The notes: generated by a model from the sequence alone, not told the origin. Shown: positions 1 to 10,218, numbered from the stretch's first letter. The stretch is 64,000 nucleotides of DNA from Candidatus Shapirobacteria bacterium (GCA_016188545.1 JACPHO010000002.1:64013-128012); one strand, 5' to 3'. Numbers and translations: made by a program.

Positions 1-1
1 A

Positions 2-232
2 CCTAAAACATTTGGGAGTCTGGATTATTTTCCACTTATCCCCTGGTTTGGGGTGATGTTGTTGGGTGTGATAATTGGGAAAAGTTTATCTAAAAAGCTA
101 GAATTGAATGTGGGAGCGGTAAGTGGTATGTGTAAACTTTTGACTATGATAGGACAAAAATCACTGCTGGTGTATTTGGTACACCAGCCAATATTGTGGG
201 GAGTAATGACTCTGATCACTATTTTACGATAA
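2..232 (+). CDS. 3'-partial CDS: C-terminus of a membrane protein (…LVYLVHQPILWGVMTLITILR*)
   Basis: Open frame runs off the 5' edge and ends at TAA 230-232. The hydrophobic, protein-like translation is more plausible than the overlapping 64-aa minus-strand ORF. Confidence 0.3.
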   Translation, partial: PKTFGSLDYFPLIPWFGVMLLGVIIGKSLSKKLELNVGAVSGMCKLLTMIGQKSLLVYLVHQPILWGVMTLITILR

Positions 233-689
233 GGTTGGCATGAGGTATTCCCATGCCACAGGTTATATAATGAAGTCCTTTAGAGGTTGGAATGAACTCA
301 ATAACATTGGTTTTACCTTTTTCAAAAAACTCGACTTGAGAAGAAAAATCCGGAATCATCAAACTCCCCATACAACCGATACCATCCTCAGTGGCAGTGA
401 CTTCGAGGCGAAGTGGGACACCAAGCTTAACAGCGAACTGGGTGGGGACAAATCCATTAGGCGGTCCATAGGTGGCTCTAATAACTTCAACACTTGAATC
501 TGGCGGTGGTACTTGTGAAGGTGGAATATTTGCCGGAGGAGTCGAGACTTTAATAATCGTAGGTGTTGGCGTGATTGGCTGTCCAGAGGGGGCAAGAGAT
601 TCGGCATTTACATACCTAAACGAGTGGAGAATTACAAAACTAGCGAGAGTGAATAAAACAAATGACAATAAAGCATACTTTATTTTCAT
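219..689 (-). CDS. Secreted or membrane-anchored cupredoxin-like domain protein
   Basis: N-terminal hydrophobic leader. C-terminal HYITCGMGIPH motif resembles the C-x-M-G-M cupredoxin-like domains of the two downstream paralogs. Lies in the copper locus. Confidence 0.5.
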   Translation of the reverse strand: MKIKYALLSFVLFTLASFVILHSFRYVNAESLAPSGQPITPTPTIIKVSTPPANIPPSQVPPPDSSVEVIRATYGPPNGFVPTQFAVKLGVPLRLEVTATEDGIGCMGSLMIPDFSSQVEFFEKGKTNVIEFIPTSKGLHYITCGMGIPHANLIVK

Positions 690-731
690 ATAAGCTATGG
701 CACCCTGGGGTTACCTAGGTTACCGGTAGAG

Positions 732-3700
732 TTAGTTTACTGAATCTTCAGAAGTTGGCATGACCGATGATTCGGTTTTTAAGGAGTTCAAATAATTGTC
801 TTTAAACTCGCGGGGGACGAAGTGCATCATGTCTAAACTGGTCAAAGTTCTTTTGGGTAAGCCAGCAACAATGACATTGTTGCCAAAGAAGTCTTTGAGT
901 GTATCTAGTTTCTTACTAATCAACTTCTCAGACTTCATCATGGCTGCTTCGTCGTAACCAATAGTTACCGGGAGGAATTTCATATTCCCCATGGTATAGC
1001 TGCGCTTGAGAGGGTTAACCACACTGCGAAGTAAGGCTGGGATATTGTTTCTATCGTAGAGGTAGAACATCTTCAACTCCCCCATACCAGTCTCGGTTAC
1101 AAGAATATCTTCTTTGGCAAGAAGCTTGTCAAAAGTTGAACGATTAAAAACGTGATATTCATCTAGAGCGGTTCCAGTTTGTTCGAGTATGCCAACTATT
1201 TTTACACTAGGCAGTCCAAAGAAATCTTTTAGCTCGGAGCCGACTCCGCTAATTAGTCCCTCTCCCTTCATCATTGAAGCTTCTACTGAGCCAATAATGA
1301 CACTGTTTTCTGCCGAAAGATCAAGTGAACCTTCCGCCAGTTTTAGACTTTGAGGTAAGCTGTCTAGACCCAAGAAAAGCTTGGGGAGTTTACCTACCAT
1401 TCCAATTCTTGATGGATTGTTAATAAGTGCTTGGTTTATTTCAGTCTGAACTGAGGGATTATTGACTAGATAAGCAGCTAGAGCAGTTGATTTTTCCATA
1501 CCTCCCATTTGTGACGAGAAGCGGGCAAATTCAAAGAAAATGGTGATAAAGACAGCTACCATAGCATAGGGTGCCAGCTTGGAAACCCAGTTAAATTTAC
1601 CGGGTTTATACAACTTCAGTGTCAAAGAATTGGTAACGACCGAGACTGAAGAGAGAGCCATAGCAAGACCGGCCAACTCTGGTTTTAGGACAATACCAGC
1701 GAATGCTAGGGCACGAGCGGCAATGGGGATTCCTAAGACATTGTAAAATAAGGCAAAGAACATATTTTGGCGTATTTTACCGACTGTTTCTCGCGACAAG
1801 CTGATGGCGGTTAAGACACCATTTAGGTCATTACTAATAATGACTATGCCTCCTGATTCCATGGCGACGTCAGCACCGGAACCCATAGCAATACCAAGAT
1901 CAGCTTGAGTAAGTGCGGGAGCGTCATTGATACCGTCTCCAACCATGGCAACTTTGAGGCCACTGTCTTGGAGTTTTTTGACTTCTTCGGCTTTGTTCTG
2001 AGGTAGAACTTCAGCTAAAACGTTAGTGATACCAACCTGACGAGCAATAGCCTCGGCGGTGCGTCGATTGTCGCCAGTGATCATATAAACGGTTATTCCT
2101 ATTTTTTGTAATTTGGAAACTACATGAGCTGAGGTTTCTTTTAACTGATCGGCGACCGCAATGACACCGAGAATTTTTTGACTATCAGCTATGATCATGG
2201 CAGTTTTGCCGTCATTTTCAAATCGCTCCATATCGAAAGAAGCTGAAAGTGGAATTCCGTTTTGTTCCATTAATTTGCGGTTACCAACATAATAGACACG
2301 ACCATTAACTTTGGCTTTGACACCGTGACCAGGAATGGCTTGAAAATCATCAAGAGGATAATTCACAGCACCGGAACTTTGACCATATTTAACAATGGCT
2401 TCTGCCAAAGGATGCTCTGATTTTTGCTCTATTGAATACAAAATAGAGAGAATTGAAGTATCACCTGGGAGATAGTTGATAAAATCGGTAACTTCAGGTT
2501 TACCCTTAGTAAGGGTACCGGTTTTGTCAAAGACAATAGCCTTGATTTTTTCGGCCATTTCTAATGGTTCCCCTCCTTTAATAAGAACACCGTATTCAGC
2601 ACCCTTACCTGTACCAACCATAATGGAAGTTGGAGTGGCCAATCCAAGAGCACAGGGACAGGCAATAACAATGACAGCGACAAAGGCGAGGAGTGAAAAG
2701 GTCAGAGTGGCACCGAGGAAGAAGTACCAAACAACGAATGTCAGAATAGCAATGGCGATAACTATCGGGACAAAGACAGAAGAAATTTTATCGGCGACTG
2801 CCTGAATTGGGGCTTTTGACCCCTGGGCATCTTCAATTAATTTGACGATTTGACTCAAGGCAGTATCGGCACCAATCTTGGTAGTTCGAAATTCGAACGA
2901 ACCAGTTTTATTGATCGAAGCAGTGAATATTTTGGAACCCACCTGTTTTTCGACAGGTAAAGATTCTCCGGTAAGAATAGATTCATCGACTGCGGAGTAA
3001 CCGGAAGTTATTTCACCATCTACTGGGATACGGTCACCAGGCCGAACGATAACAATATCACCAACGATAACCTGCTCAACTGGGATATCAATCTGTTGAC
3101 CATTTCGACTTACACGGGCAGTCTTAGGTGCTAGACCCATGAGTTTTTCAATAGCTTGCGAAGTTTTACCCTTAGCCTTGGCTTCCATGAATTTGCCTAG
3201 AGCAACGAAGGTTATTAAAAAAGCAGCTACTTCGAAATAAAGATTAGGGACTTTAAATCCGTTTAGACCAACCAGAGACCCTGTTTGCTGAAAATATTTG
3301 ACATATTCATAAACGCTGTAGGTGAAAGCAGTACCAGTACCAATAGCGATTAGTGAATCCATGCTAAAAGTACGCATTTTTAGAGCAGACCAAAATCCGG
3401 CAAAGAAATTGCTACCGACATAAAAAAGTACCGGGGTGGACAGAATAAGCGAGGCAATACCAGCATAGGGCATGATGGTGGATTCGAGGGGAACCTTAGA
3501 GGTGAAATCGTAAACCATGAAGAGAATCATGGGGATACTCAAAACAAAACCCAGGAAAAATTTGGTGAACCAGTAGCTAATTTCTTTTTGGCGTTTTTCT
3601 TTTTGGTTTTCTTCTTTTTCACCGGGAAGTGAGGCAGAGTAACCAGCCGATTCCACCCCTTTGATTAAGTCCTCCACTTTAGCTGTTGATGGATTGTAAA

Positions 3701-4172
3701 CAATACGAGCTTTTTCGGAAGCAAAGTTGACATTTACTTCGGTGACACCGTTGACTTTTTTGAGTGATCTTTCGATAAGACCGGCACATGAAGAACAGTG
3801 CATACCAGTTAAATTAAGAAGGGTGACTTGGGAAGTAGATGAAACATCTGAAGCTGGTGATATTACTTCTGTGGGCATTGTCGAATGATCATGTTCTGTT
3901 TTGTCTACAGCTATAGTATTTGAGCCCTCCTTCGCTAAAGCTACGGCGGGTAAAGCAGCATAACCAGACTCTTTAATATTGGCTACCAAGTCGTTTATTT
4001 TGATTTTGGATGGGTCAAAGTCGACAGTGACTTTTTTGGTATCCAATGAGGTGGCGACAGAGGTAACACCCTTGAGATCCTTGAGACCGATGGTAATTAT
4101 CTTGGGACAGGAGGCACAATGCATGTCGGGAACCGATAAAACTACCTGCTTTGATTTTGTTTTTGATTTCAT
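732..4172 (-). CDS. copA: Copper-translocating P1B-type ATPase with two N-terminal HMA domains and an atypical ~300-aa C-terminal extension
   Basis: Two MxCxxC motifs ([16 protein letters not shown]). Membrane CPC motif ([11 protein letters not shown]). DKTGTLT phosphorylation site, GDGINDAP hinge and TGES-like actuator (LTGESLP). 1146 aa versus ~800 aa typical. Confidence 0.9.
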   Translation of the reverse strand: MKSKTKSKQVVLSVPDMHCASCPKIITIGLKDLKGVTSVATSLDTKKVTVDFDPSKIKINDLVANIKESGYAALPAVALAKEGSNTIAVDKTEHDHSTMPTEVISPASDVSSTSQVTLLNLTGMHCSSCAGLIERSLKKVNGVTEVNVNFASEKARIVYNPSTAKVEDLIKGVESAGYSASLPGEKEENQKEKRQKEISYWFTKFFLGFVLSIPMILFMVYDFTSKVPLESTIMPYAGIASLILSTPVLFYVGSNFFAGFWSALKMRTFSMDSLIAIGTGTAFTYSVYEYVKYFQQTGSLVGLNGFKVPNLYFEVAAFLITFVALGKFMEAKAKGKTSQAIEKLMGLAPKTARVSRNGQQIDIPVEQVIVGDIVIVRPGDRIPVDGEITSGYSAVDESILTGESLPVEKQVGSKIFTASINKTGSFEFRTTKIGADTALSQIVKLIEDAQGSKAPIQAVADKISSVFVPIVIAIAILTFVVWYFFLGATLTFSLLAFVAVIVIACPCALGLATPTSIMVGTGKGAEYGVLIKGGEPLEMAEKIKAIVFDKTGTLTKGKPEVTDFINYLPGDTSILSILYSIEQKSEHPLAEAIVKYGQSSGAVNYPLDDFQAIPGHGVKAKVNGRVYYVGNRKLMEQNGIPLSASFDMERFENDGKTAMIIADSQKILGVIAVADQLKETSAHVVSKLQKIGITVYMITGDNRRTAEAIARQVGITNVLAEVLPQNKAEEVKKLQDSGLKVAMVGDGINDAPALTQADLGIAMGSGADVAMESGGIVIISNDLNGVLTAISLSRETVGKIRQNMFFALFYNVLGIPIAARALAFAGIVLKPELAGLAMALSSVSVVTNSLTLKLYKPGKFNWVSKLAPYAMVAVFITIFFEFARFSSQMGGMEKSTALAAYLVNNPSVQTEINQALINNPSRIGMVGKLPKLFLGLDSLPQSLKLAEGSLDLSAENSVIIGSVEASMMKGEGLISGVGSELKDFFGLPSVKIVGILEQTGTALDEYHVFNRSTFDKLLAKEDILVTETGMGELKMFYLYDRNNIPALLRSVVNPLKRSYTMGNMKFLPVTIGYDEAAMMKSEKLISKKLDTLKDFFGNNVIVAGLPKRTLTSLDMMHFVPREFKDNYLNSLKTESSVMPTSEDSVN

Positions 4173-4214
4173 AGTTTTTTGTACTACTTGCGTAGTAGTT
4201 AATAATAAAAAAAA

Positions 4215-4433
4215 TTAAATTGTGGTGGCAGTGTACCCGCTTTCTTTGATAGTACTAATTAATTCTACAGGGGAAACTGTATCGGGGTCATATTCAACGA
4301 CAACAAGTTTTGTGTCGAGAGAAGCGTTAGCAACGACAACTCCCTGCCTATCTTGAAGGTCTAACTGAATAAGACGTGGGCAAGAGGGACAGTGCATGTC
4401 ATCTACTTTAAAGGTGATAGTTTGAGTAGTCAT
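4215..4433 (-). CDS. copZ: HMA-domain copper chaperone
   Basis: 72-aa protein with DDMHCPSCP (MxCxxC) ferredoxin-like HMA fold signature, immediately upstream of copA. Confidence 0.8.
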   Translation of the reverse strand: MTTQTITFKVDDMHCPSCPRLIQLDLQDRQGVVVANASLDTKLVVVEYDPDTVSPVELISTIKESGYTATTI

Positions 4434-4500
4434 TGGGAATAATTAAGAATTAATAATTAGGAATTAGGAATTTAGTTTGCTTAATAAATTATTAAAATAT

Positions 4501-4887
4501 TTAATTGACGACTTCGAAGGAACCGGTGTACATGCCCATGCTACAACTAAATTTGTAAACTCCAGGTTTTGCGGCAGTAAACTCTTGGGTAACGGTTGTA
4601 TTTGGTGAGAGAGCAATCATGCCAGAAAAAAATGAAGGGGCAACAAGCGCACTGGCGCAGCCAGCGTTGCCAACACTGGTAATCTGCCAAGAGACAGGGA
4701 TGCCGGCACGAATTTTGAGACGAGACGGTGAATAGCCCGAGCCAGAGGCGGACATCTTGACAATTTGCTTACCATTAACAATTTCAGGAAGATTGGCAGC
4801 TGAGACATTACCTGGCTGACGACTAAAGAACCAAAAGACAAAACCGGCTAACATTACAAAAATTCCAACTAAATAAAAGTTTTTCAT
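4501..4887 (-). CDS. Membrane-anchored cupredoxin-like domain protein
   Basis: N-terminal TM helix. C-terminal GVYKFSCSMGMYTGSFEVVN is almost identical to the C-terminus of the 502-aa fusion protein. Cupredoxin_1-type domains commonly flank CopA. Confidence 0.6.
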   Translation of the reverse strand: MKNFYLVGIFVMLAGFVFWFFSRQPGNVSAANLPEIVNGKQIVKMSASGSGYSPSRLKIRAGIPVSWQITSVGNAGCASALVAPSFFSGMIALSPNTTVTQEFTAAKPGVYKFSCSMGMYTGSFEVVN

Positions 4888-4901
4888 ATTTTTTTAAATT
4901 A

Positions 4902-6410
4902 TTAACGGACACCTCCACAGGTAGCTCCCCCACCGCCACCACAACCCTGCCGGTCGGCAGGCAGGCTTTGGCTCAGATCGGAGTTGTTAATTGCCCCAGT
5001 TGATCCACTTGTGTCGACTACTTCGACGGTACCAGTGACCATGCCCATCCAACAACTGAATTTGTAAACCCCAGGCTTGGGTGAAGTAAATTCTTTGACG
5101 GAAGTAGTGCCATCGACAAGATCAATTTGACCTTCGAATAGACCACGGGACATAATGGCGTTGGTGCAGCCGCTGATGTTGTTGGAAGTGATTTCCCAAC
5201 GAGTTAGGGTATTGGCTCTCATTACTATACGGTTGGGGGTGTATCCAGAGGCAGAGGCGTTTATTTTTATAATCTGTTTACCGTTTACTAAAGCTGGTAA
5301 TTCACCAGCATTTAACGTTGACTGGCTAGTGGGTTGACTACCAACAAGATCATTGATGTTGGTAATGCCCAGGACAGATAATTGGGCATTAATATTGAAA
5401 GCTGCAAAAAATAAGACCAATAGACCAGCTATCATGGAAAAGTTTGAAGCCAGACGTGGATTGCTATAGAACTTAACACTACTAAGACCTATGGCCAGAA
5501 GTCCTGGTACTGTTCCAAGAGCAAACAGACCCATGATCAGAGATCCAGTCAATGGACTTCCTGAAGCTAGGGCAAGTGCCTGGGCAGTGATGGTAAACCC
5601 GCAAGGGAGAAAAAAGGTAAGGGCACCCATTAGAAGTGGCGCCAACTTACCAGTAAAATTTGACTCATCTGAAAGCCTTCCGGTAAGTGATTTTGGTAAT
5701 CTAATCTGGAATCGCTGGAGTGACTTGATGCCAAGCATTTGGAGACCAAGTAAAATCATCAAAAGAGAGACTCCAATTACCATGGAGGCTGAAACTAAAG
5801 GTGAAAGTCGAAAATAGTTTCCAATTAACCCAAGCATACCGCCAAAAAATGCATAACCTAACACGCGACCTGCGTTAAAGAGGAGGTGTGGTTGGGCTTT
5901 TTTGGCAAACGAGTCACCTGGACTGTAGAGCGATAGCCATTGTTTACTAACTGAGAGGACAATACCTCCGACTAGAGCAGCACAACTACTGACTCCGGCC
6001 AATAAACCAAAAAAGAAGAAAACTATCAGAGAAGACTGGGCGTTAACAGATATAGCTGAAGAAAATCCGGTTTGAGAAAGAAAAATATATCCGAGTATAA
6101 ATAGAAGTGCGTAGAATATTGATGAAATTATGGTTGAGGGCTGGTTTGATGGTGTGGGACAGGTGTCATCTTGAATGATGGTGGTGTGCTTAAATGGATT
6201 TAAAGAAAAAGAATAACCATCTACTTCAAACATTTCATTTAGTTTTTTGTGGGTAAGCTTGAATCCTGGGATTGTTTCTAAAGTGAGTGTATTTTTAGTA
6301 AGAGAGACGTCGGCGAAGTTGACACCGGCGGTTTTCTTAAGACGTTTTTCAATTAGAAGTTCGCAGGAGGGACAATGGAGACCTTTGATGAAATAGACTG
6401 TACGTTTCAT
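4902..6410 (-). CDS. Fusion protein: N-terminal HMA domain, polytopic DsbD/CcdA-like transmembrane core, C-terminal cupredoxin-like domain, Gly/Cys-rich tail
   Basis: GLHCPSCELLIE (MxCxxC). About 8 TM helices with membrane-embedded Cys (SSCAALVGG, FLPCGFT) as in CcdA/DsbD_2. C-terminal GVYKFSCWMGMVTGTVEVVD. Tail CGGGGGATCGG. Confidence 0.5.
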   Translation of the reverse strand: MKRTVYFIKGLHCPSCELLIEKRLKKTAGVNFADVSLTKNTLTLETIPGFKLTHKKLNEMFEVDGYSFSLNPFKHTTIIQDDTCPTPSNQPSTIISSIFYALLFILGYIFLSQTGFSSAISVNAQSSLIVFFFFGLLAGVSSCAALVGGIVLSVSKQWLSLYSPGDSFAKKAQPHLLFNAGRVLGYAFFGGMLGLIGNYFRLSPLVSASMVIGVSLLMILLGLQMLGIKSLQRFQIRLPKSLTGRLSDESNFTGKLAPLLMGALTFFLPCGFTITAQALALASGSPLTGSLIMGLFALGTVPGLLAIGLSSVKFYSNPRLASNFSMIAGLLVLFFAAFNINAQLSVLGITNINDLVGSQPTSQSTLNAGELPALVNGKQIIKINASASGYTPNRIVMRANTLTRWEITSNNISGCTNAIMSRGLFEGQIDLVDGTTSVKEFTSPKPGVYKFSCWMGMVTGTVEVVDTSGSTGAINNSDLSQSLPADRQGCGGGGGATCGGVR

Positions 6411-6443
6411 ATACTACACAGTGTAGTACATGCTAAATATTTG

Positions 6444-7391
6444 TCAAGAAGATAAACTGGGGAAGTCACAGTTTTGGTTGTTAATAATTGGTGGGGGCAT
6501 AAGATGGTCTGGAGTGACTAAGTTTTGGAAACATTTGACAAGATGTTGACATTGATAAAAGAAGTCAGTCTGATTTAAATAAGCCACAGAAACTATCAAG
6601 AGACTGATCATTAACAGATTAGGATAGAGTATGGAGCCGAAGAATAATTTCTTCTTACCAACTAATATTTTGATACGTTCAGATTGGGCGGAAAAGTGAC
6701 TTAGATAATAATATTTAGGACGAAAAGACTCTTGGATCTTAATTAGGGCGGTTATAAGGGAGTCAGGATGAGTGGTTGAATTTTGGGAGTGAATATCACA
6801 ACCTATTTCGATAAGAGTGTAATACTGTCCAAAAAACCAACTTTTACAGGGGAAGTAAGGGGTAATATAGGAAATAAAATCTACAAAGAGATTTTTAAGT
6901 GGATCAAAATTATGACGATGAGATTGTTCGTGGTTTAGGATGGAGCTTAGTTCGTCCGGAGTGGAGACTTGGATGACCTTATCTGAAACAAAGACTTGCG
7001 GTTTTAGCAAACCGGCAGTAAAAACAGTGGCATAGTTGGAGCTGAATACTTTATAGAGAGCATTTGTTTTAATAATGTTTAACGAGCTTAAATATTTTGA
7101 AGTGTTAATTACTTGGCTAAGCAGCCGATAGAATCCAGATACGACTAAAGTGAGAAGGTATGTCCAAAGTATTCCGGCGGAAAACTGAGTTAAAAAATCC
7201 TGACGGGTAAAAAGAGTCGATATAGAATTGGGATGAACAATAAGTGAATCAAAAAGATAAATAAACTGCATAAGAAACCCAGAATATATTTTTTGACTAA
7301 AGAACGTCAGTGAGGTGAAATAGGTTAGACCAACTAAGATAATAAGAATAAATGAAAGCTGGCGATAGAAATTGACAGCTGTTGATTTCAT
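6444..7391 (-). CDS. M56-family (BlaR1-like) membrane metallopeptidase lacking an extracellular sensor domain
   Basis: Polytopic N-terminus. HExxH in ILNHEQSHRHNFDPLKN, typical of the BlaR1/MecR1 M56 loop. Start overlaps the upstream BlaI-family repressor stop by 4 nt. 315 aa, so no penicillin-binding sensor. Confidence 0.7.
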   Translation of the reverse strand: MKSTAVNFYRQLSFILIILVGLTYFTSLTFFSQKIYSGFLMQFIYLFDSLIVHPNSISTLFTRQDFLTQFSAGILWTYLLTLVVSGFYRLLSQVINTSKYLSSLNIIKTNALYKVFSSNYATVFTAGLLKPQVFVSDKVIQVSTPDELSSILNHEQSHRHNFDPLKNLFVDFISYITPYFPCKSWFFGQYYTLIEIGCDIHSQNSTTHPDSLITALIKIQESFRPKYYYLSHFSAQSERIKILVGKKKLFFGSILYPNLLMISLLIVSVAYLNQTDFFYQCQHLVKCFQNLVTPDHLMPPPIINNQNCDFPSLSS

Positions 7392-7786
7392 TTTTTATTT
7401 AGATAGTTTTTAAGAAGCTCCAGATCTTCATTGTTTGACTTGAGAGAATCGACAAACTGGGATATGGCTAATTTGCCGTAGGAATGTACCAGACCATTAT
7501 AGATTCCAGAGAGATTGGTTTTGACAAAATCTTCACGGCAGTGACAAGGAGCATAGAGAAAAGCTTTTCCAGCTAGCTTACGACAGGCAAAGTTTTTGTC
7601 AGTAAGTCTTTTGAGGATGGTCATGACGGTAGTGTAGGCGTAATCCCCTTTTAGAAGATTTTTGACATCCTGTGGTTTTAGGGGATTCTCTGAGTTCCAA
7701 AGGATTTCCATTACTTGCTGTTCGAGTGGACCCAACATATCAGTTTTCATACTACTGAGTGTAGTAGATAACCACAAGGAAGTCAA
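7388..7786 (-). CDS. BlaI/MecI/CopY-family winged-helix transcriptional repressor
   Basis: LGPLEQQVMEILW…YAYTTVMTILKRLTDKNF…FLYAP is the penicillinase-repressor-family signature. Translationally coupled to the M56 gene. A CHC motif follows the wing. Confidence 0.75.
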   Translation of the reverse strand: MTSLWLSTTLSSMKTDMLGPLEQQVMEILWNSENPLKPQDVKNLLKGDYAYTTVMTILKRLTDKNFACRKLAGKAFLYAPCHCREDFVKTNLSGIYNGLVHSYGKLAISQFVDSLKSNNEDLELLKNYLNKK

Positions 7787-7808
7787 TTATTGTCAATGAT
7801 AAAATAAT

Positions 7809-8603
7809 TTGGTGAGCAAACTAAATTTGGCGGTCATATTTTGGTTTTATAAAGAACCGGAAATTTGTATCAATAGGCTTATGTTAATAAAAAAACATAA
7901 CCCTGATTTAAAAATATTTGGAGTTTTTGGAGGTAAGCGGGAAGAAGAGTATTTGTATAAAGAAAAACTTGGTAAATATCTGGATGATTTTTATTGCCAC
8001 ACATCAACGGATAATGATTGGAAATGGATACATGGAGATTTGATGTTACTAGATTGGTATCGAGAAAGAGGAAACAAACTAGATTGGGATAGTGTAGTAA
8101 TAGTGCAATGGGATATGCTAGTTTTTGATAGTTTTAATAATCAATTTCCAAATATAAAGAAAAATGAAATGTTTTTGTCTGGATTACAAACTTTAGATAA
8201 ATACACAGAAGTTAATTGGGAGTGGACTAGCCCACTTCGAGAATATCGAAAAGATTTTGATAATTTTTTAAAATTTGCTAAAGAAAAATATGGATATAAG
8301 AAAGATGAATTGCCATGTTGTTTGTTTATTATTGAAATAATACCGAGAATATTTTTTGAAAAATACTTGACTGTGGAAAATAAGGATGTGGGAATGTTGG
8401 AATACAAAATACCTATTTATAGAGAAATATTTGATATTCCTATATACAAGAAAAACGTCGGGGCTCATTGGTGGGGAAATGTAGAACAATTCCCGTTAAA
8501 CGCAGAACCAACTGAAATAAAAACTAGATATATTGAAGCAGAACTAGAAAAGGAATATGGATGGAGAATTTTCCATCCATATTTTAAAATTTGGGATAAA
8601 TAA
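7809..8603 (+). CDS. Hypothetical protein (264 aa, Trp/Tyr-rich, no recognisable motif)
   Basis: Long clean ORF with plausible coding composition. No confident family assignment. Confidence 0.45.
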   Translation: MVSKLNLAVIFWFYKEPEICINRLMLIKKHNPDLKIFGVFGGKREEEYLYKEKLGKYLDDFYCHTSTDNDWKWIHGDLMLLDWYRERGNKLDWDSVVIVQWDMLVFDSFNNQFPNIKKNEMFLSGLQTLDKYTEVNWEWTSPLREYRKDFDNFLKFAKEKYGYKKDELPCCLFIIEIIPRIFFEKYLTVENKDVGMLEYKIPIYREIFDIPIYKKNVGAHWWGNVEQFPLNAEPTEIKTRYIEAELEKEYGWRIFHPYFKIWDK

Positions 8604-8627
8604 CGAGGGTTATAAATACCTTGAATA

Positions 8628-8984
8628 CTAAGGTTCAATCTTTTGGAGCTTGGCCATGCGATTGAAAGAAGCGATAACTTCGTCACCGTAACTATCAAAA
8701 AGCCTCTCAAAAAGATCATCGAGACAGCCACAGGCATAGGTAGATTTATCCTGGACCGGTGTGTAATAAAAAACATTCCCCTTCTGCTTTCGGGTTACTA
8801 AATCTTTGTCAAACATCCTTTTAAGGACGGTGGTGATAGTGGTGTAGGCATGGCTATTACCAAGGGTTTTGACGATTTGAGAAGGCTTCTGGGCTGTAGT
8901 ACTATGCCAGAGGGCATCCATGATTTTTTGTTCGAGTCCCCCGAGCATTTTACACTTGGCATTACAGTTACAATCACAGCTCAT
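8628..8984 (-). CDS. BlaI/CopY-family repressor with N-terminal Cys cluster (CDCNCNAKC)
   Basis: GGLEQKIMDALW…HAYTTITTVLKRMFDKDLVTRKQKGNVFYYTP is the same winged-helix signature as the 132-aa paralog. N-terminal MSCDCNCNAKCK and an internal YACGCL motif. Confidence 0.65.
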   Translation of the reverse strand: MSCDCNCNAKCKMLGGLEQKIMDALWHSTTAQKPSQIVKTLGNSHAYTTITTVLKRMFDKDLVTRKQKGNVFYYTPVQDKSTYACGCLDDLFERLFDSYGDEVIASFNRMAKLQKIEP

Positions 8985-9057
8985 AGCCCATTATACTACG
9001 ACGTGTGTCGCTACTGAAACTGAGCTGAAAACAGCTATCGGGTATACTAGTTAAGCT

Positions 9058-10218
9058 ATGATAAATCTTCTAAGACCATATTTAGTAATTCCAAAACTAA
9101 TTCAACAAAAGACATGGGGTGGTGAATACATATCATCGAAAAAAGGAATCCAGCTCGACAGTAATAATTCCTTAAAATTGGGACAGAGTTACGAACTCTT
9201 TTCTGGATCGAAGTTGACGTTGATGAACGAAGGTAAACAATATGAGGTGGGACACCCAGACCGGGATGAAATTGATAAGGAGTTGTCGATACCCATTGTC
9301 GAAGGTATAAGCCTTTTTGAACTGTCAGAGATAAATCCGGAAATGGCACTGGGGACCAACGTTACAAAAAATGGCAATGCAATGCCACTACTTTTAAAAT
9401 TGACCCAAGCTAAAGGTAACTCTTTCCAGCTACATATTAAACCAGGAACAAGCGATCCTCGGTGGCTGTCAAAATCGGAGACTTGGTATTTTTTTGAGAA
9501 AGGAAAAGTGACTTACGGTATTTCTAGAGGAATTTCGGTAAAGGACTATAAGGATGCATGTGTATTAATTGATCGAGAAATGAAAGAAATTAGCCAACTA
9601 ATTGTCGGCCAGAAACTGTCTGTAGATGAAGCAAGAATAAGGGCGAATGAACTCACTAAAAAAATAAATCCATGGCAATTTGTACAGCGCAGAACAGCAG
9701 AGGTTGGGCAAATATTTGACTTAAGTCAGGGGGGAATTCACCATTCGTGGGAAGAAGACTCTTTGAACAGTAATGGAAATATACTTTATGAAGTTCAAAA
9801 AGACCGAATGGATCCTTTTTCGACTATCAGGGCATTTGACCAAGGGAAAATTGATGATAAGGGAAATATCCGAGAGGTAAATATTGATGACTATTTTAAG
9901 TATTTGGATACTAGTGATGAGTTAAACATGGGAAGTTTTTCGGGTAAGAGTGATGGTTTAAACAATGCATTTACAACAAAGGACTATGCTATGGACATCA
10001 TTGAGTTTGAAAAAAATGTAAGTGATTCGACAGATGCTTCTTTTTGCCATTACTTCGTAAAGAATGGGAGGATAAAAGTAGAGACTGACGAAGGGTGGGT
10101 AACGGTGGAGAGAGGGTGGAGTTGTTTTGTGCCAGCTGCGGCCGCAAACGAAGTCAAAATTGAAAGTTTAGACGACAGAGCAACCATACTAAAGACTTAT
10201 GTCCCGACAAAAAACTGA
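9058..10218 (+). CDS. Cupin-fold protein resembling class I phosphomannose isomerase
   Basis: N-terminal QQKTWGGEYIS resembles the ManA (QNYAWGS) motif. FQLHIKP gives Q-x-H metal ligands, with a later GGIHHSWEED His. ~390 aa, like type I PMI. Confidence 0.4.
   Translation: MINLLRPYLVIPKLIQQKTWGGEYISSKKGIQLDSNNSLKLGQSYELFSGSKLTLMNEGKQYEVGHPDRDEIDKELSIPIVEGISLFELSEINPEMALGTNVTKNGNAMPLLLKLTQAKGNSFQLHIKPGTSDPRWLSKSETWYFFEKGKVTYGISRGISVKDYKDACVLIDREMKEISQLIVGQKLSVDEARIRANELTKKINPWQFVQRRTAEVGQIFDLSQGGIHHSWEEDSLNSNGNILYEVQKDRMDPFSTIRAFDQGKIDDKGNIREVNIDDYFKYLDTSDELNMGSFSGKSDGLNNAFTTKDYAMDIIEFEKNVSDSTDASFCHYFVKNGRIKVETDEGWVTVERGWSCFVPAAAANEVKIESLDDRATILKTYVPTKN

Noticed and set aside
240-693. Plus-strand ORFs 240..497 and 472..693, and minus-strand 359..607, overlapping the cupredoxin-like gene.
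   Set aside because: They overlap a minus-strand ORF that has a signal peptide and a conserved cupredoxin motif shared with two paralogs.
2476-2805. 109-aa plus-strand ORF inside copA, and 3979..4218.
   Set aside because: Antisense to a P-type ATPase with all canonical motifs.
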